From the NCBI RefSeq assembly GCF_009914755.1, contig NC_060928.1: a stretch of DNA of 64,000 nucleotides. One strand, 5' to 3'. The DNA is from the human T2T-CHM13v2.0 reference genome, Homo sapiens. The position numbers and the translations under genes were made by a program. Under the pieces are notes generated by a model. It saw only the letters and a program-made list of their open reading frames with translations. It had not been told where the DNA came from and ran no database searches. Below are positions 44,111-60,846 of this stretch, one piece after another (position 1 is the first letter of the stretch; each line of letters opens with the position of its first letter).

Positions 44111-44847
44111 TCAAAGAGCAAACATTTGCACTAGAGGTAATCAATATGATTTTCAGCATTACTCTACGCAAGTCCAAACTTGGGTTTGTAATATCTCTCT
44201 CCCTGATATATCTTATAAAATGTCTGGAAAGTCTTTGATGATGCTGTATTTGTGTTTAATCAATGCACATACAAGATGAATTATATACCTAAATAAATCT
44301 TTTGGATACTCTATAAGCAGTCTAAAATTAACCAAATAGTTAACATTTTCTGTAACTTTATGCTTAATATATCACACTCTTTATGAGCTCTAAATGCTCT
44401 TAACATCCAGATATAATCTAAGAATTATATTATTTCACAGTTTAATACACAGTACTTATGAAGAGTATAAAAAAGAAAGTGTTAAGAATGCACTTTAGCA
44501 ATTCCCAAAAGGTCCCATAAGAGGAGAAAGGGGATTTAATGAAAAATGTAAGATTGTATCTGCAAAAATGATTTCCTGAATGACTCATTCATAGAATGAA
44601 CAGCCTGTGTGAAATGCCTCACAAATCTCTCCTCTTCTGAGAGTAGTTAGAAGCTGTATATGATGTGGTCAGAGCAGGTCTCTGGAAGTCATGCAACTCC
44701 TCATTTGAGCAGAAACCAATAGAGGCTTTTAGGTCTACAAATCTGAATCCTGAAAAGTATAGTGTTTAGGTTTAGAAAGAGAGTCTTCACCCAAGTTCTC
44801 AGCTGAATTTCCCTTCTAGATAATGATTTCCAAAAAAGTATCAACAG

Positions 44848-45040
44848 GATACATATATATGTATATATACTATGTAATATATAATAATGAAATATGTAGA
44901 ATATATTACTATATTAATTTGTAATATACTATTAATAATGTAATATTAATAAGAGAATATATACATATATTATAGAAATATATATATTACTCTATATATA
45001 TGTATTTCTGTGTATATGTATTTCTATATATATGTATGTA

Positions 45041-45071
<31 letters not shown>

Positions 45072-45092
45072 GTCTGTGTGTGTATTTCTGTA
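44848..45092. repeat. AT-rich / (TA)n / (TG)n low-complexity tract
   Basis: Seen directly. Confidence 0.9.
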
Positions 45093-45319
45093 TGCTGGGC
45101 TAGGTCCTGATAGTGGGGCCGTCCAGGGATCATTTAGGAGAAATTAGGCACTCCTTTGATCTCAGTTAGTCCATCTCAAACAAACATAACAACTTAAGTA
45201 AAAATAAGAGTGCTTGCTCTGTCAGTACAGCTCCAACATAAGCCCGAGGGGCCCCTCCTCCAAACAAATTTTGATACCTAGCCTCCTCCTACTTAGAAAC
45301 TCTGGGGCTGACATTGGGC

Positions 45320-45480
45320 ACTAAGATAACAGATGCTATGATCCCCACCTTACCAATGAGGATGGAGAATCAAATTTACTAATTTACTCATATTGGAAAG
45401 ACAGTAAATGATACAGCTAGTCCTCAAACCCAGATGTGCTGATTCTGAAGTCATTTCTCTTTGAAACTATTTCCCACTGC
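45320..45480 (-). mobile_element. MIR
   Basis: atccccaccttaccaatgaggatggaga...tcaaacccagatgtgctgattctgaagtc. Confidence 0.6.
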
Positions 45481-45579
45481 CATCCAAACGACTGTGTTAA
45501 ACAAACTACTTTGAACAGTAAATATGAGCATTTGGGAGAATGAAGGTGGAAAGAATATATCTGTCTGAAACTCTTCCAA

Positions 45580-45690
45580 CTCTAAATCACATGAGGACAG
45601 GGAATATATTTTATTTATCACTATATACTTAGTAGAGTACTGATTATGTGGTTGATGTTCAATATGTAGTTGCTGAATGAATAAAAATCA
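45580..45690 (+). mobile_element. L2 3' end
   Basis: catgaggacagggaatat...gttcaatatgtagttgctgaatgaat. Confidence 0.6.
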
Positions 45691-45716
45691 ATCAATTAAT
45701 TAGATGCTAATTAATC

Positions 45717-46012
45717 TTTTTGGGTTTGTTTTTTTTTTTTGAGATGGAGTCTGGCTCCATTGCCAGGCTGGAGTGCACTGGCACAACCTCGCACCCTCCG
45801 ACTCCCGGGTTCAAGCTATTTCCCTGCCTGAGCCTCCCAAGTAGCTGGGACTACAGGCGCGCACCATCACACCCAGCTAATTTTTCGTATTTTTAGTAGA
45901 GACAAGGTTTCACCATGTTGGCCAGGATGGTCTCCAACTCCTGACCTCGTCACCCGTCCGCCTCAGCCTCCCAGAGTGCTGGGATTACAGGCATAAGCCA
46001 CCACGCCTGGCC
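45717..46012 (-). mobile_element. AluS (Sc-like)
   Basis: Full dimer with a small right-arm deletion; TSD taattaatc (45708-45716 / 46014-46022). Confidence 0.95.
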
Positions 46013-46907
46013 TTAATTAATCATGCTTAATGATACAGTCTACTCTGTTAGTGAGTACATTTTAAAATTGGTTCTACAGAATGTCTGACATTTTCAGTTT
46101 AAAAACTATATTACAATAATTATTTAAGTTACACAGATTTTGTGAAAATGTATTCTACTCAGCAAACGCTTTAATTTTAGTGTTCCATGGCTTTCAGGTG
46201 ACAATATATATATCACTTTTTCAGAGCAGTGATAGCATTTGCTCCACCTAATTTATAAAGGTAGTATTTTCTTAATCAAAAATGAGAGAAAAAATGATCT
46301 CTCAAAAAAGTATTGCATTATCCACTTTTGTGAGGATATACAGCAAAAAACACAAATAAATATCAAATAACACTGTGTTTTTGAACTCCATAGTCATTAA
46401 AAGTTGTATAAATCTAGTCATGTGAAATTATTTGTTTCATAAAAACTAAGATCATTTTTTTTTATAACATCCCAGGGAAAAAAGTTTCTCTTGATGATGA
46501 ACCAGCTCCTGGAAAATTCTAAATTCTAAAATTGAGTTCCTTTTGGGTACTTTGTACAAACAAGGAAAAGAACAAATATATACATTTAACTGTTTTTAAA
46601 ATGGAAAACATGTAATCTTTCTACATTTACATAAATCAAAACGAAGTAAACATTGTTTCAAATTTTTCCATAATTCTTGCGGAATTACTAAAGTAGGGGT
46701 GTGCATCAATTATAAGTCATAATTTTAAAATTATAACTAAATGAGTATTCAGGTAACAGCTTCTACATTCCTGTCTTCATAATGCAGTTTTCTTCCAAGG
46801 AATGCAAGGAGATTTCAAAACAACATTCATTCACAGAACTTATTTTCACCAAATCCTATCAAAGTTTGTCATATGAAACTTAAAAATAACAAAAGCAAAT
46901 ATTTATT

Positions 46908-47899
46908 TTTATTATACTTTAAGTTCTGGGATACATGTGCACAACATGCAGGTTCGTTACATACGTACCATGGTGGTTTGCTGCACCCATCAACCCATCA
47001 TCTACATTAGGTATTTCTCCTAATGCTATCCCTCCCCTAGCCCTCCACCCTGAGACAGGCCCTGGTGTGTGATGTTCCCCTCCTTGTGTGCATGTGTTCT
47101 CATTGTTCTATTCCCACTTATGAGTGAGAACATGCGGTGTTTGGTTTTCTGTTTCTGTGTTAGTTTGCTGAGAATGATGGTTTCCAGCTTCATCCATGTC
47201 CCTGTAAAGGACATGAACTCACCCTTTTAATGTCTGCATAGTATTCCACGGTGTATATGTGCCATGTTTTCTTTATTTAGTCTATCATTGATGGGCATTT
47301 GGGTTGGTTCCAAGTCTTTGCTATTGTGAATAGTGCTGCAATGAACATACATGTGCATGTGTCTTTAGAGTAGAATGACTTATAATTCTTTGGGTATATA
47401 CCCAGTAATGGGATTGCTGGGTCAAGTGGTATTTCTGGTTCTTGATCCTTGAGGAATCGCCATATTGTCTTCCACAATGGCTGAACTGATTTACACTCCC
47501 ACCAACAGTGTAAAAGCATTCCTATTTTTCCACATCCTCTCCAGCATCTGTTATTTCCTGACTTTTTAATGATCGCCATTCTAACCGGCATGAGATGGTA
47601 TCTCATTGTAGTTTTGATTTGTATCTCTCTAATGACCAGTGATGATGAGCTTTTTTCATGTTTGTTGGCTGCATAAATGTCTTCTTTTGAGAAATGTCTG
47701 TTCATATCTTTTGCCCACTTTTTGATGGAGTTGTTTGTTTTTTTCTTATAAATTTCAGTTCCTTGTAGATTCTGGATATTAGCCCTTTGTCAGATGGATA
47801 GATTGCAAAAATTTTCTCCCATTCTGTAGGTTGACTGTTCACTTTGATGATAGTTTCTTTTGCTGTGCAGAAGCTCTTTAATTAGATCCCATTTGTCAA
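46908..47899 (-). mobile_element. 5'-truncated L1PA7-like
   Basis: 3' UTR plus ORF2 C-terminus (ORF 47277-47705); TSD aagcaaatatttatt / aggcaaatacttatt. Confidence 0.95.
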
Positions 47900-49043
47900 G
47901 GCAAATACTTATTATAAATGTCCAAAACTCAGTTTCCATTTATCCAATTCAAAGTAATAATTACTTTATGTGTAAGCAATATAAACCACCCATAAGCCAT
48001 AAGTAATCACTGTTATAATATTATTTTTAAAATCTGGATTCATGTCTTATTTTTCCTACCATTATCCAAACCAGAAAAGAACTCTGTTTAGTTTTCATTT
48101 GTTCTTCATTTGCTGGCCATAACCTTCCTACACCCTCATCTTTTTTTCCTTTTGGATGCCTTGCACCTCCTTGAATGCCATTGAAACTATCCATTACATT
48201 GCCTATTAGCCAATAACTCAAATAATAAGAAAATTATTCCAAAACAATAATATATAATGTTACATTTTTAGATCGTTTTGCATAGTGTTAAGTCCTCACA
48301 CAAGGCAAATCCTTTCCTGAATGCTGATTTCTTTCAGAGGAAAAAAAAAGTACTAGCTCAAGCAAATTAAAGATGTTTGAATTTCCACAAGAAGTTTGTT
48401 TGCACGTGTACTCTTAATCTCTTAATCTAGGACTTCTAACAAGAATTTGCTATGCAACACAATCCACAGTGTATTAAAGAACTGTCATTTCAGAGCAAGA
48501 GCTGTAAAGTGGTCCCACAAAAGAGAACAGAACTCCATTAGAGACATAACAATATATTAGCATTCCAAGGGCTTTGCCTAGTGGAGGAGCATTTTTCCAC
48601 TGGGTATAAATTACCCACTCAGCACTTCCAAGGCACAGCCCATTGAATTCAGCAAAGGCACAAAGAGAGTAAACTCAAAAATCTCTTAAAGTTCCCAAAC
48701 TCAAAGTCTGCATGCTATGTAGGAGTGTCCTTTATATTTTGATGTAGAGAACCATAAAGTAAAATAACAACTTACTCTTTCCTAGGCAAACTGCTCATGC
48801 CCTCATGGTACTACAAAACCATATAGCCTACAACTTATATTTCACATTTTCAAGTAATAATAATGCAGAAAGGGTAAAGATAATTCTCTAACTCAAGAAA
48901 ATATCCAAAACCTCTTTTTTGTGTAGTCATAATTCAAAACCACTAGAGGCATAAAAAGCATTCTTGGCAAAATCAACCAATATCAAGCCCAACTTGAGTA
49001 ATTTTTTTTCCACACAGAGGTGGATTGAAATTATGTCTGGAGT

Positions 49044-49387
49044 AGCTGGGCATGTTGGCTGATGCCTGTAATTTCAGCACTTTGGGAGGGCAGGGCAGGC
49101 AGATTGCTTGAGCTCAGGAATTGGAGACCAGCCTGGGCAACATGGCAAAACCCCACCTCCACAAAACATACAATGATTAGACAGCATGGTAGCATGTGCC
49201 TGTAGTCCCAGCTACTTGGAAGGCTAAGGTGGGAGGATCCCTTGAGCCCAGGAAGTCGGTGAGGCCAATGTTGCTGTGGACCGTGATAGAGCCACTGTAC
49301 TCTAGTTAGGGTGATGAAGTGAGACTCTGTCAAAAAAAGAAAAAAAGAAGAAAGAAAGAAAGAGGGAGGGAGGGAAAGAGAAGGGGA
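49044..49387 (+). mobile_element. AluJ with GA-rich tail
   Basis: gattgcttgagctcagg, cctgggcaacatggc and ggtgggaggatcccttgagccc J-type features. Confidence 0.92.
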
Positions 49388-51049
49388 GCTGTGTCTAAGT
49401 AAGCACAGTAGGAAATATTTCTCTTTTTTTGTTGTTTTTCTTACAGACTTGCTATGAATATTATCAAATATTTGTCCCTTCTGCTCTCTTGTCCCTACCA
49501 CTCCTTTGTAAAATTTGTTCCAACTTCTTACCATCAGGGTTTTTTATGTTTTACTCAGAAGCCAAGAAAGTCAATGTTAGCATAAAGAATGCACTTAGAA
49601 AATCTATTATTTTCATTAAGAAAGTTTCTTTAGGACATAATTTTCTCTGCAATCCACTGTTCATTTTCTATTGCGTAAGAAACAACCCTAGGATTTTGCA
49701 CATTCAGGTTGCTCCATAAGACTTCGTCCATTCCTCCAGAACTCACAAGCGGGATGATTTGCCTGGTGGTCTTTTGGCCTAGCAACTAAACAAGACTATC
49801 ACACTTACCGAGTTTCTAATAAAAGGATGATATTTATCACATTAAGTGGATAATGTGAGATGTTAGAAGTTTGTAAGTATAAGTAATCACAGGTCTTACC
49901 CTAGGGGTTCCATCCAACATGTGAGATAGACATAGAGTGTGAATGGGGATAAAAGATTACTCATCCAAATACATGATTTCTGGTATGCTTAGTTCTTCCA
50001 CTATGTTCCCCCAAATCATTGCCTTGGAGTCATTTGTTTGCCACCTGGAGAGATAGAGAAACAATGCTTGCATCTTATAAGCACCATAACCACAGCCAAA
50101 GGGAGGACCATAGCAGTGGGCTTTCCCCTAGAGAAATGACTGCAGATGGAAGCTGGAAGGATTACACCAATACTACTTCCCCCTTGCGAGTGGAATGCAA
50201 ATCGCTATAGAGAAATATGAGGAGAGAAAAATATTTTCTCTCCTGTATAGAAAAGCACAATGAACAGTAAGAAAATATTTTAATTTTCTCCAGTAACCTG
50301 GTGGAAAATTTTGACATCAATCCAGACTTAATTCTTTGCAGTACATTTTGTTGCCCAAAACTCCATTCTCTACCACGTATAAATGTTTGTGAAGTAACAT
50401 GGCAGCTTTTATCCAATGGGAAATATAGCTGAACGCTGATATCCATTACATATAGTTTCTCTCTCTTAGTGAACAAAACACCTTTTCTATCATAGCCATG
50501 CAGTTATTTTCAAAATGAAAAAGAGACCTGGTTACTGATATATATAGGAGGTAATAAAGCACAAAGAAATGAAGAGCTTGGTTAGGAACCCAGCTGAAGG
50601 ACCTAGTAACAAATATTAATTTGGGGTGATATTTCCAAATGGCTAATTTTCAGATCCATGTTATATTGATGCCATTATAACATGGATCTGAAATATTTCA
50701 ACAGCATATTTTGCTTTCAAATCATTCTTATCTTTGTTACATAAAACTCATATATTCCCTCAAGTGTTAAAAACTCCAAGAGGGATTAAAAGCATAAAGA
50801 AGAAATCACACTATTAGCAAAGCCTTCTACACTGTGGCCTTGAGAAAGATCTTCCTGGGATTTAATTTCCTTAACTATAAAACAATTACCTCCAAAGTCA
50901 CTCTAAAATTCCATAATTCTAAAATTGCTTAATATAGCTAAACTTTAATGTTCATCTTAAATGGAGATAATGGGAGGAATATTAATTTTTGATAAGGAGC
51001 CAATTGTGTTTCATAGCATATGATTTTTGCCAATTGTTTAGTTGATAAA

Positions 51050-51060
51050 GACACACACAC

Positions 51061-51091
<31 letters not shown>
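51050..51091. repeat. (CA)n(GA)n microsatellite
   Basis: Seen directly. Confidence 0.95.
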
Positions 51092-51109
51092 ATGTTCTTG
51101 GACTTCTAA

Positions 51110-52170
51110 GTCTTCAGGTGATCTCATCCAGACCCATGCCTTTAAATACCATCTGCATGTGAATGTTCTCCAGTCCAGACCTCTCCCCAAACTTCAACTC
51201 ATTTCATTTTCTAATTAACATCTCCTATGATATCTAATAAACATTCAAAGTATAATGTGCATGTTCAAGACCAAACACTTACTTTCCTTCCCCAACACCA
51301 CAAACATGCCATTTTGGATGATTTCCTCATTCCAATAAATGGCAAATCCATTCTTTGAATTAGTTAACACTTTCCCCAAAATGGTGGAATTATTCCTGAC
51401 ACCTTTTTTTCTCTCATACCCACATCCAAACCATGAACAAATCCCTTCAGCTCTGCCTTTGAAATATACAAAATCTGACACTTTTTTTTTTTCTTTAGAG
51501 ATGACGGTTTTGCTATGCTGCCCAGTGCAGTGGTTATTCACAGGCACAATCATAACACACCACGGCCTCAAATCCTGGACTAAAGCAATCCTTCTGCCTC
51601 AGCCTCCCAAGTAGCTAGGGCTATTGGTTCACACTGCCATGCCCAGCTTGAACACTTATTACCTCCATGGCTACTACCCTGGACCAAGGTAACATCTCTT
51701 CTTCTGGACTATTGAAATAGCCTCCTATTGGTCTCCTTGCTCCTACCTTTGACTCCCCTGAAGTCTAAGCCAAAATGATCCTTTTGTCATGCAAGAAAAA
51801 TTACATGATTCCTCTGCTCAGAACCCTCTGGTGGCTTCTGCTCTTAAGTATAATCAATTCTTGCCTATAAGGCTCTAACTCGTTTAGTTTGCCCTCCTGC
51901 TTCCTCTTTGAACTCATCACCTTCCATTATCCCCTTACTCACTGCTCCAGCCACATAACCCCATATTCTGATTACATTTTTCTTTATGATATTTATCACC
52001 ACATGACATATTATGTATTTATTTTTGTTTTTTTGTTCTTGCGCTCTTCCTCTCTCTCTCAACTAGAATGTAAGCACTTCAAAGTGAGAAATTTTGTTTG
52101 GTTTGTGTATTCCTATATCCTCACAGACAAGAATATTGTCCAGAAATAATACATCTTCGAAAAGTATTAC
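51110..52170 (+). mobile_element. L2 (~1 kb) interrupted by a FAM
   Basis: catgcctttaaataccatctg, ctccagtccagacctctcccc, ttcctctgctcagaaccctc, actagaatgtaagc motifs. Confidence 0.85.
51482..51649 (-). mobile_element. FAM (fossil Alu monomer)
   Basis: Monomer retaining the 7SL-derived segment gtgcagtggttattcacaggcacaatc; poly-T; TSD-like tgacactt / tgaacactt. Confidence 0.85.
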
Positions 52171-52269
52171 ATAATAAATACATAAAATGACTTCTCTTTC
52201 TCATGATATTTTGTTGGGCCCATAAATCATTTGTGAAAAATAAAAGAATACACTGGAAGATTGTGCAGT

Positions 52270-53245
52270 AGCTAAGATTAAAGTATTAACATATTTGTTA
52301 CATAAAGAGTTTCTACAAATCAATAAGACACACAAATGACCAAAAAAGATATAAAAAAGTTCAACATCACTAAATATCAGGGAAATGCAAATCAAAATGA
52401 CAATGACATCATCTTATCCATTACAACAGCTTTTATCAAAAAGATAAAATATAACAAATGCTGGTGAGGATGCAGAGAAAAGGAAACTCTTATATGCTGT
52501 TGGTAGAAATGTAAACTAGTACACCTGCTTATATATAAAAAACAATATGGAGGTTCCTTAAAATCTACTGATAGAAAGACCATACAATCCAGAAATCCCA
52601 CTATTGGGCATTTATACAAAGGGAAAGAAATCATTATATTGAAAAGATATCTTTACCTCTATGTTTACTGAAGCACTATTCACAATAACCAAGATAAAAA
52701 ATCAACCTAGATGTCAAACAACAGATTAATAGATAAAGAAAATATGGTATATATACACAATGGAATACTATTCAGCAATAAAAAAGAACGAAATACTGTC
52801 ATTCAATGCAATGTGAATGGAAATGGGAGAAAGTTAAACACATGTTCTCATTCATAGGTGGAAGCTTAAAAAAAGTTGGTCTCAGACTGAAAAAGTAGAA
52901 CAGAGGGTACTAGAAGTTGGGAAGGGTAGGGAGAAGACAGGGAAAGGGTGAGATTTGTTAAAGAATACAAAATCATAGCTATGTAGAAAGAATAAGTTCT
53001 AGTGTTTCATACCATTGTAGAATTACTATAATTAACAAGAATACATAGTTTCAAGTAGCTAGAAGGAGGGTATTGAATGTTCCTAACATAAAGAAATGAT
53101 AAATATTTGAGATGATAGATACGCTGATCACACAGATCTGATAACTATACATTATATGTATCAAAACATCACTATGTACCACATGAATATATATAATTAT
53201 TACTTGTCAATTATAAAATTAAATTTTAAGAATAAAAATAAATGT
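52270..53245 (+). mobile_element. L1MA (MA5-like) 3' part
   Basis: ORF2 C-terminal remnant and 3' UTR (gtatcaaaacatcactatgtacc) with A-rich tail. Confidence 0.9.
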
Positions 53246-53417
53246 TTTTAAAAGAAAACACACAAAGACCAAGATATTATCTAAGATATTATATTCCGCA
53301 CCACTGTTCCTTACGTTTTATGCACATCTATGGACTTTCTAAGGGATTCACTCTCTGCCAAGAATGTCCTTTCTCCCTTATTCATCTTGTAAATTCTAAA
53401 CCACTCTTCTATATCTA

Positions 53418-53526
53418 TTTTTTTTATTATTATTATACATTAAGTTTTAGGGTACATGTGCACATTGTGCAGGTTAGTTACATATGTATACATGTGCCAT
53501 GCTGGTGCACTGCACCCACTAACTCG
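53418..53526 (-). mobile_element. L1PA2-like extreme 3' fragment (~110 bp)
   Basis: catgctggtgcactgcacccactaactcgt (GAG-type rather than L1HS-Ta ACA); poly-T; no TSD. Confidence 0.9.
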
Positions 53527-53539
53527 TAAATAATACCTA

Positions 53540-53912
53540 CGCAGCAACTATCTGCACAAAAGAAGAAATATAAGTGATAAGCAAAAATAAATATGCATAA
53601 ACTTCCTAGTAATAAAAATGTAAAATAAAACAAATTTTATTAATTAAATTAAAACATGTATTTAAAAGCTGTTGTTTATCATGGTGTATCATATCTGATA
53701 GTTTTATATGTTGTCTGCTAGCAGAACGGAAAATTGTAAAACACTTTTGGTAAACAATTTAATATGTTTTAATGTACTTATCAGATTTTTGAAAAGAGAA
53801 AAATATTAGAAAGTCAAATAGGGAGATGGTATGTACTTACTATATTATGGTATGTATATAAAATATTCTATATTTGAAATATGCATATGCATATAATAAT
53901 GTAAAGTGAAAA
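53540..53912 (+). mobile_element. old L1ME-like fragment
   Basis: cacaaaagaagaaatata; gtaaaacacttttggtaaacaattt; highly diverged. Confidence 0.5.
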
Positions 53913-54839
53913 AAATCTCTCCCTGGACACAGACTGTATTTGGAGTTTGTAAACGATCTTGTTTCTACCTCTGACCCCATGACCTTGTGGGCCCACTCAC
54001 TGGCACTCCTCCCCAAACCCTAACTCCTATTGCAATAGGTCCCAATAGCATTATAGCCTACCAGACGGACAGCATATATGTCTCCCTCTCTAAAAGACAA
54101 TGATATCATGGTTATTATTAATGTATGATGGTAGATATACAACCTGATGAAAGATGTACATCTGTATTTACATCGTGGAATCTCAAGCCAGGGAAATAAC
54201 TTCTATTACTGGTAGCTTAGCATTTAAGGGAAACATGTCCCAAAAGATTACTTATAGATAATGCTGAAGGTTTAATAGAAGCCAAAAAAATTTAGATTCA
54301 GTGCACCGATCAAAATTCCCTTTTGGTGTTAAGACTTGACTTGATGAAAAAAGGACTAGTGAAAAGCAGTTTGCAGCTATTAATGCAGAAGATCCTACAC
54401 TCACAAGATCATCAGGAAATTCTAATTAGATCTGATGCATCTTCTAGTTTCACATACTTTATACCATATTTCTAAATCATATGGTAGGAGATGTAGGAAG
54501 TCAAGCTGTTCTACAGTTCTGGTCCTTATTAAACCCTTCTGTTCTTTGCTTTGGAAAACACACTTTGAGTTATAGTTCTTTGGATGCCTAGAGGCCACAG
54601 GGCACCACATCAATTACAGTGTATTATTATTAAACACATTATTTCAGAACCACATCTGTAGACAGATTTGTTTACACTGTGAAGGCATGCCCAAACCTGT
54701 TCTGCCTGATTCCTTTATAGCCTGTGGAGTCCTTTTCTCTCTATGTGCATAAGATGAAAAAAATCAATCATACTCTTTCTCGAAAGGAAAGTATCAGCAG
54801 TTTTCTACTGAGGAACAACATCATGGAGCAATATATTTT

Positions 54840-55300
54840 TTCAAGATGCAGAAAGATCAGTTGGAAGAGTAAATGTGAAATGATAGCCAAAAAATTTTTG
54901 AAAAAGAGGAATATTTAAGGATTTTCTCTACCATAAATCAGAGCCAGAGTAATGTACATGGAACCAGCATATTAGTGCAGGAAATTGGTTCAGCACTAGA
55001 AAACACTAGAAAAGCAGAGCAACAGGACAAAATTGACAGCCTAAAAACAGAAATACATGTACTTTATGTGAGTGTCTGTATATTGTGTGAGGTGTGTGTG
55101 ATATATATATATATATATGTTTGTTTAGGGTGATATTTCAAATCAGAGAGGAAAAGTAATCTTCAATTAGTGGCAATCAACAATTCGATATACATTTAGA
55201 GAAAACAGAGTTACAGTCTCATATTACACTATAGATAAATAAGATTTCCAGAAAGATTAAAGAGATAAACATTTTTAAGCTATGAAAGTAAACTCTCTAA
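54840..55300 (+). mobile_element. old L1ME-like ORF2 fragment
   Basis: gatagccaaaaaatttttgaaaaagagg...ctaccataaatca; catttcaaatcag-type motifs. Confidence 0.6.
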
Positions 55301-55339
55301 TTTTCTTCTTATACTTTGACAGTTAAAAAGGTAATTTGC

Positions 55340-58910
<3,571 letters not shown>

Positions 58911-58920
58911 GTAATTTGTT

Positions 58921-59220
58921 GGCCAGGCACGGTGGCTCATGCCTGTAATCCCAGCACTTTGGGAGACCAAGGTGGATGGATCATGAGGTCAGGAGATTGA
59001 GACTATCCTGGCTAACACAGTGAAACCCCATCACTACTAAAAATACAAAAAATTAGCTGGGCATGGTCATGGGCGCCTGTAGTCCCAGCTACTCAGGAGG
59101 CTGAGGCAGGAGAATGGCATGAACCTGGGAGGCAGGGCTTGCAGTGAGCAGAGATCACACCACTGCACTCCAGCCTGGGTGACAGAGCGAGACTCCATCT
59201 CCAAAAAAAAAAAAAAAAAA
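58921..59220 (+). mobile_element. AluY-like
   Basis: cctggctaacacagtg, gaatggcatgaacc and gcttgcagtg Y diagnostics; A18 tail. Confidence 0.93.
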
Positions 59221-60289
59221 TGGTAAATTATCTCATACCAATGAAGCAGAATAGAAAGTCCAAAAATTGACCCACACCTCTATGGTAATTCATTTTTGAT
59301 AAATATTAATGCAATTCAAAGGAGAAGTAAGTCTTTTCAACAAATGGCGCTTGCACAAGTATCCAAATGCAAAAAAATAGCTCTTTGAGCTGTACCTCAC
59401 ACCATATACAAAAATTCACTTGAAATGGAATACAGACCTAAAGGTAACCAAAATTATAAAAGTTCCAGAATAAGACACATGAGAAATCTTAGCAAGCTTG
59501 AATTAGTCAAAGATTTCTTACATAGGATACAAATAGCACAATTACAAAAGAGTCATAAATACATGATATCAAAATTAAATGTTTTGCTCTTTAAAAGATA
59601 CTATTAAAACACTGTTAATAAAATAAAAAATTAAGCCACAGGCTGGGAGAAATATTTGCAAAGCATATATTTGATGAAAGACTTGTAAAAATAAAATGTA
59701 AGAACCTCTTGCAACTAAATAATAAGAACATATGCAACTCAATTTTTAAATGGCAATAGTTTTAAGTAGATACTGTGCCAACAAAAAAAAAAATGTATGG
59801 CAAATTAGCCAAGAAAAAAACTCAACATTATTGGTCATTAGGGAAATGCAAATAAAACCACAATGAGACAACCCTACATATCCATTAGAGTTGATAAAAT
59901 TCAAACTGATAAAACCAAAGTTTGGCAAGGATGTTGGAACACCTGCAACTAAAATAAACTGTTGGTGGGAATACAAAGTGGTACAACCATTTGGGGAAAA
60001 GTTTGGCAGTGTTTTATAAAGCAAAACATGTATTACCATTTGACTCAAGAAACATGAAAATATATGTCCATGCAAAGACTTGAATTTAAATCATCATGGG
60101 GGCATTATTTTTATCAATCACCATCTGAAAACAATTCAAATATCAATCTTCTATGGATAAACAGATTGTAGTATGTCCATATAATGGAATATTAATCAGC
60201 AATAAAGAGAACCATCTACTGAAATACTTAGTAAGTCAGGAATCTCAAAACACTAGGCTAAGTCAAATAAGTCAGACAAAAAGACTACA

Positions 60290-60805
60290 CATTTTATATA
60301 CATATATATAATTATATATAATTTATATATTATAACAAAAACTCTACACATTATATATTATAATATACTATATATTAATATATAATATATCAATACACAA
60401 TTTATATATTATAATATATATTATATATAGTTTAAAATTTTATATATATATTTAAAATTATATAGCATATATAACTATATATTATATATAAACTATGTAT
60501 ATAGTTTATACATATAAAAACAGAAATACATGTACTTTATGTGAGTGTGTGTATATTGTGTGAAGTGTGTATGTGTGATATATATATATATATATGTTTG
60601 TTTTGGGTGATATTTCAAATCAGAGGGAAAAAGTAATCATCAGTAAGTAACAATCAACAATTAGATATACATTTAGAGAAAATAAAGTTATAGTCTCACA
60701 TTACACTATAGATAAATAAGATACGTTTATATCTTATATTATATATGTTTAATATATATTATATATGTTTATATATACATCTTTTATATAAATATATATA
60801 TTTAC
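60290..60805. repeat. TA-rich low-complexity tract containing a duplicated ~205-bp block
   Basis: Seen directly; 60515-60722 is a copy of 55042-55245. Confidence 0.92.
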
Positions 60806-60846
60806 ATGAAATATTTTTAGAGTTCAAACTATAGCATTAAAAAAGT

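Noticed and set aside
49809-49815. Minus-strand 7-nt microexon candidate (ttttattAG|aaactcg|GTAAGT)
   Set aside because: Not a multiple of 3, and there is no host gene evidence; such motif pairs occur by chance.
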